DNA of 64,000 nt from Alphaproteobacteria bacterium (GTDB lineage Bacteria > Pseudomonadota > Alphaproteobacteria > Rickettsiales > SXRF01): NCBI GenBank assembly GCA_033763775.1, contig JANRJW010000008.1:7256-71255 (forward strand), written 5' to 3'. Shown here one piece after another: positions 62,541 through 64,000 of this stretch. The position numbers were made by a program, and so were the translations under genes. The notes under the pieces were generated by a model. That model made no database searches. It was not told where the DNA came from and saw only the letters and a program-made list of their open reading frames with translations. How positions within the stretch are numbered: position 1 is the stretch's first letter; each line of letters opens with the position of its first letter.

Positions 62541-62632
62541 GACGCTATCTGATGTGACCTGATGGAAACATCTTCCACCATTTCCTGCCCGCCTGCAACC
62601 TGCCTGTGTTATGAACGGACGAGGAACTGACC

Positions 62633-64000
62633 ATGCGCTTTGCGCCATCATTCATCGAAAGGGTCAAGCAGCATTTTCTGCTGTCGGAAGTGATTGGCAA
62701 ATATCTGGCGGTGAAGCGCCATGGCCGCGAATATCAGGCGCTGTGCCCGTTTCACAACGAAAAATCCCCTTCCTTTACCATCAATGATGAAAAAGGATTT
62801 TATCACTGCTTTGGTTGCGGCGCGCATGGCGACGCGATCAGCTTCCTGATGCAGCATCAGCGCGCGACCTACCCTGAAGCCATCGAAATGCTCGCACGTG
62901 AGGCCGGCATTGCGCTGCCGGAGATATCGCCCGAACAGGCGCGAAAAACACAGGCAGAAAAAACATTGTATGATGTCATGGAGGCCGCCGCCCTGTGGTT
63001 TGAAACCCAGCTTCAGGCAAGCGCGCATCATCAGGCGCTGGAATATGCCAGGCGGCGCGGCCTGAGCGCACAGGCGCTGCGACAATATCGCATCGGCTAT
63101 GCACCAGACCAGCGCACTGCCCTGCATCAACATTTAACCAAGCTGGGGTTTTCTGCCGCGCTGCAGCTTGAAGCCGGGCTGGTAATCGCGCCGGAAGATG
63201 GCGCGGTGTATGACCGCTTCCGCGGCCGGCTGATGTTTCCTATCCGCAGCAGCAGCGGCAAGGTGGTCGCGTTTGGCGGCCGCCTGCTTGCCACTTCCAA
63301 AACAGCTGCGAAATATCTCAACTCGCCGGAGACACCGCTGTTTAAAAAAGGTGAGATGCTGTTTAATCTGGATCAAGCCAAGCGCAGCGCACGCGAACAT
63401 AACCGTGTCGTTGTCATGGAAGGCTACATGGATGTGGTGATGACCGCGCAGGCCGGCATCGACTACGCGGTGGCCACGCTCGGCACCGCTGTGACCCCCA
63501 GCCATCTTCATCTGCTCTGGCAGCTGGCCAAAGAGCCGGTGATGTGCCTTGACGGTGACGCGGCGGGCAAACGCGCCATGCTACGTGCGATTGAAGTTGC
63601 GCTGCCGCTGCTGAAGCCCGGTTTCAGCCTTCGTTTTGCGGTGCTTCCTGCCGGCGAGGATCCGGATTCATATGTGCAGAAACATGGCCGCGAAAATTTT
63701 GAAACCCTGCTTGCCGGCGCACGGCCACTGTCGCAGGTCATCTGGGACACGCTCGCCGCGCCGCATCAACTTGCACGGCCGGAAGGCAAGGCCGCACTAG
63801 AAGGTGCATTCACCAAGCTCTGCGGCGCGATCACCGATAACGCTGTGCGCAGCCATTACCTTTCTTTTTTCCGAAAGCAATTGTGGGACGCGGCGCGCAG
63901 TAAAAAACCTGCCAGCCAGAACCGCACGCGCTCGGCGCATGTTGAACAGATGGCGCTACAGCACCACAGCAGCGCCCTTGATACGCTGGTGCGCCGGCTG
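62633..64000 (+). CDS. dnaG: DNA primase (3-prime end beyond the window)
   Basis: My own translation from ATG 62633 (after GAGGAA) is MRFAPSFIERVKQHFLLSEVIGKYLAVKRHGREYQALCPFHNEKSPSFTINDEKGFYHCFGCGAHGDAISFLMQ, a CHC2 zinc finger. The frame stays open to the window end, so the gene is absent from the ORF track. Confidence 0.9.
   Translation, partial: MRFAPSFIERVKQHFLLSEVIGKYLAVKRHGREYQALCPFHNEKSPSFTINDEKGFYHCFGCGAHGDAISFLMQHQRATYPEAIEMLAREAGIALPEISPEQARKTQAEKTLYDVMEAAALWFETQLQASAHHQALEYARRRGLSAQALRQYRIGYAPDQRTALHQHLTKLGFSAALQLEAGLVIAPEDGAVYDRFRGRLMFPIRSSSGKVVAFGGRLLATSKTAAKYLNSPETPLFKKGEMLFNLDQAKRSAREHNRVVVMEGYMDVVMTAQAGIDYAVATLGTAVTPSHLHLLWQLAKEPVMCLDGDAAGKRAMLRAIEVALPLLKPGFSLRFAVLPAGEDPDSYVQKHGRENFETLLAGARPLSQVIWDTLAAPHQLARPEGKAALEGAFTKLCGAITDNAVRSHYLSFFRKQLWDAARSKKPASQNRTRSAHVEQMALQHHSSALDTLVRRL

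Overview
This window reads as a chromosomal segment of a moderately GC-rich, alphaproteobacterium-like genome. The taxon is inferred from gene content only: a hisB-DUF2628-hisH-hisA-hisF-hisE cluster, a DUF1013/TrcR-like protein, a GTA-type 3TM holin, a long-form NrdJ, xerD next to aroK-aroB, and tlyC-PBP1A-dnaG. I support about 62 protein-coding genes, 2 tRNAs (Phe-GAA, Gly-CCC) and one truncated tRNA-Phe copy. Notable content:
- Two RND efflux operons.
- A tightly packed 7-gene lipid-modification cluster: FAD oxidoreductase, DUF1365, CFA-synthase-like methylase, chalcone-isomerase-like protein, MFS transporter, DUF3833 lipocalin and SDR.
- The histidine operon, lptFG/pepA/holC, prfC, terC, nrdJ and aromatic amino acid genes.
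- Three AT-richer islets holding orphan or unknown genes.

The most striking signal is not a gene. At least four families of palindromic or hairpin repeats occupy nearly every intergenic spacer longer than about 60 bp:
- GTCATCC...GGGATGAC elements in short and long multi-hairpin forms.
- CTCCCCC/GGGAGAGG elements.
- Inverted arrays of heptanucleotide repeats.
- A CCTACGC...GGCTTCGC palindrome.

Copies also sit in frame inside intact housekeeping genes (prfC, hisH, pepA, trhO, an MFS transporter, probably xerD). Others donate C-terminal tails, stop codons or candidate start codons to neighbouring genes. This resembles the Rickettsia palindromic element phenomenon, but with different sequences. 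No transposase, RAYT, CRISPR array, integrase or recognisable defence operon is visible in the window.
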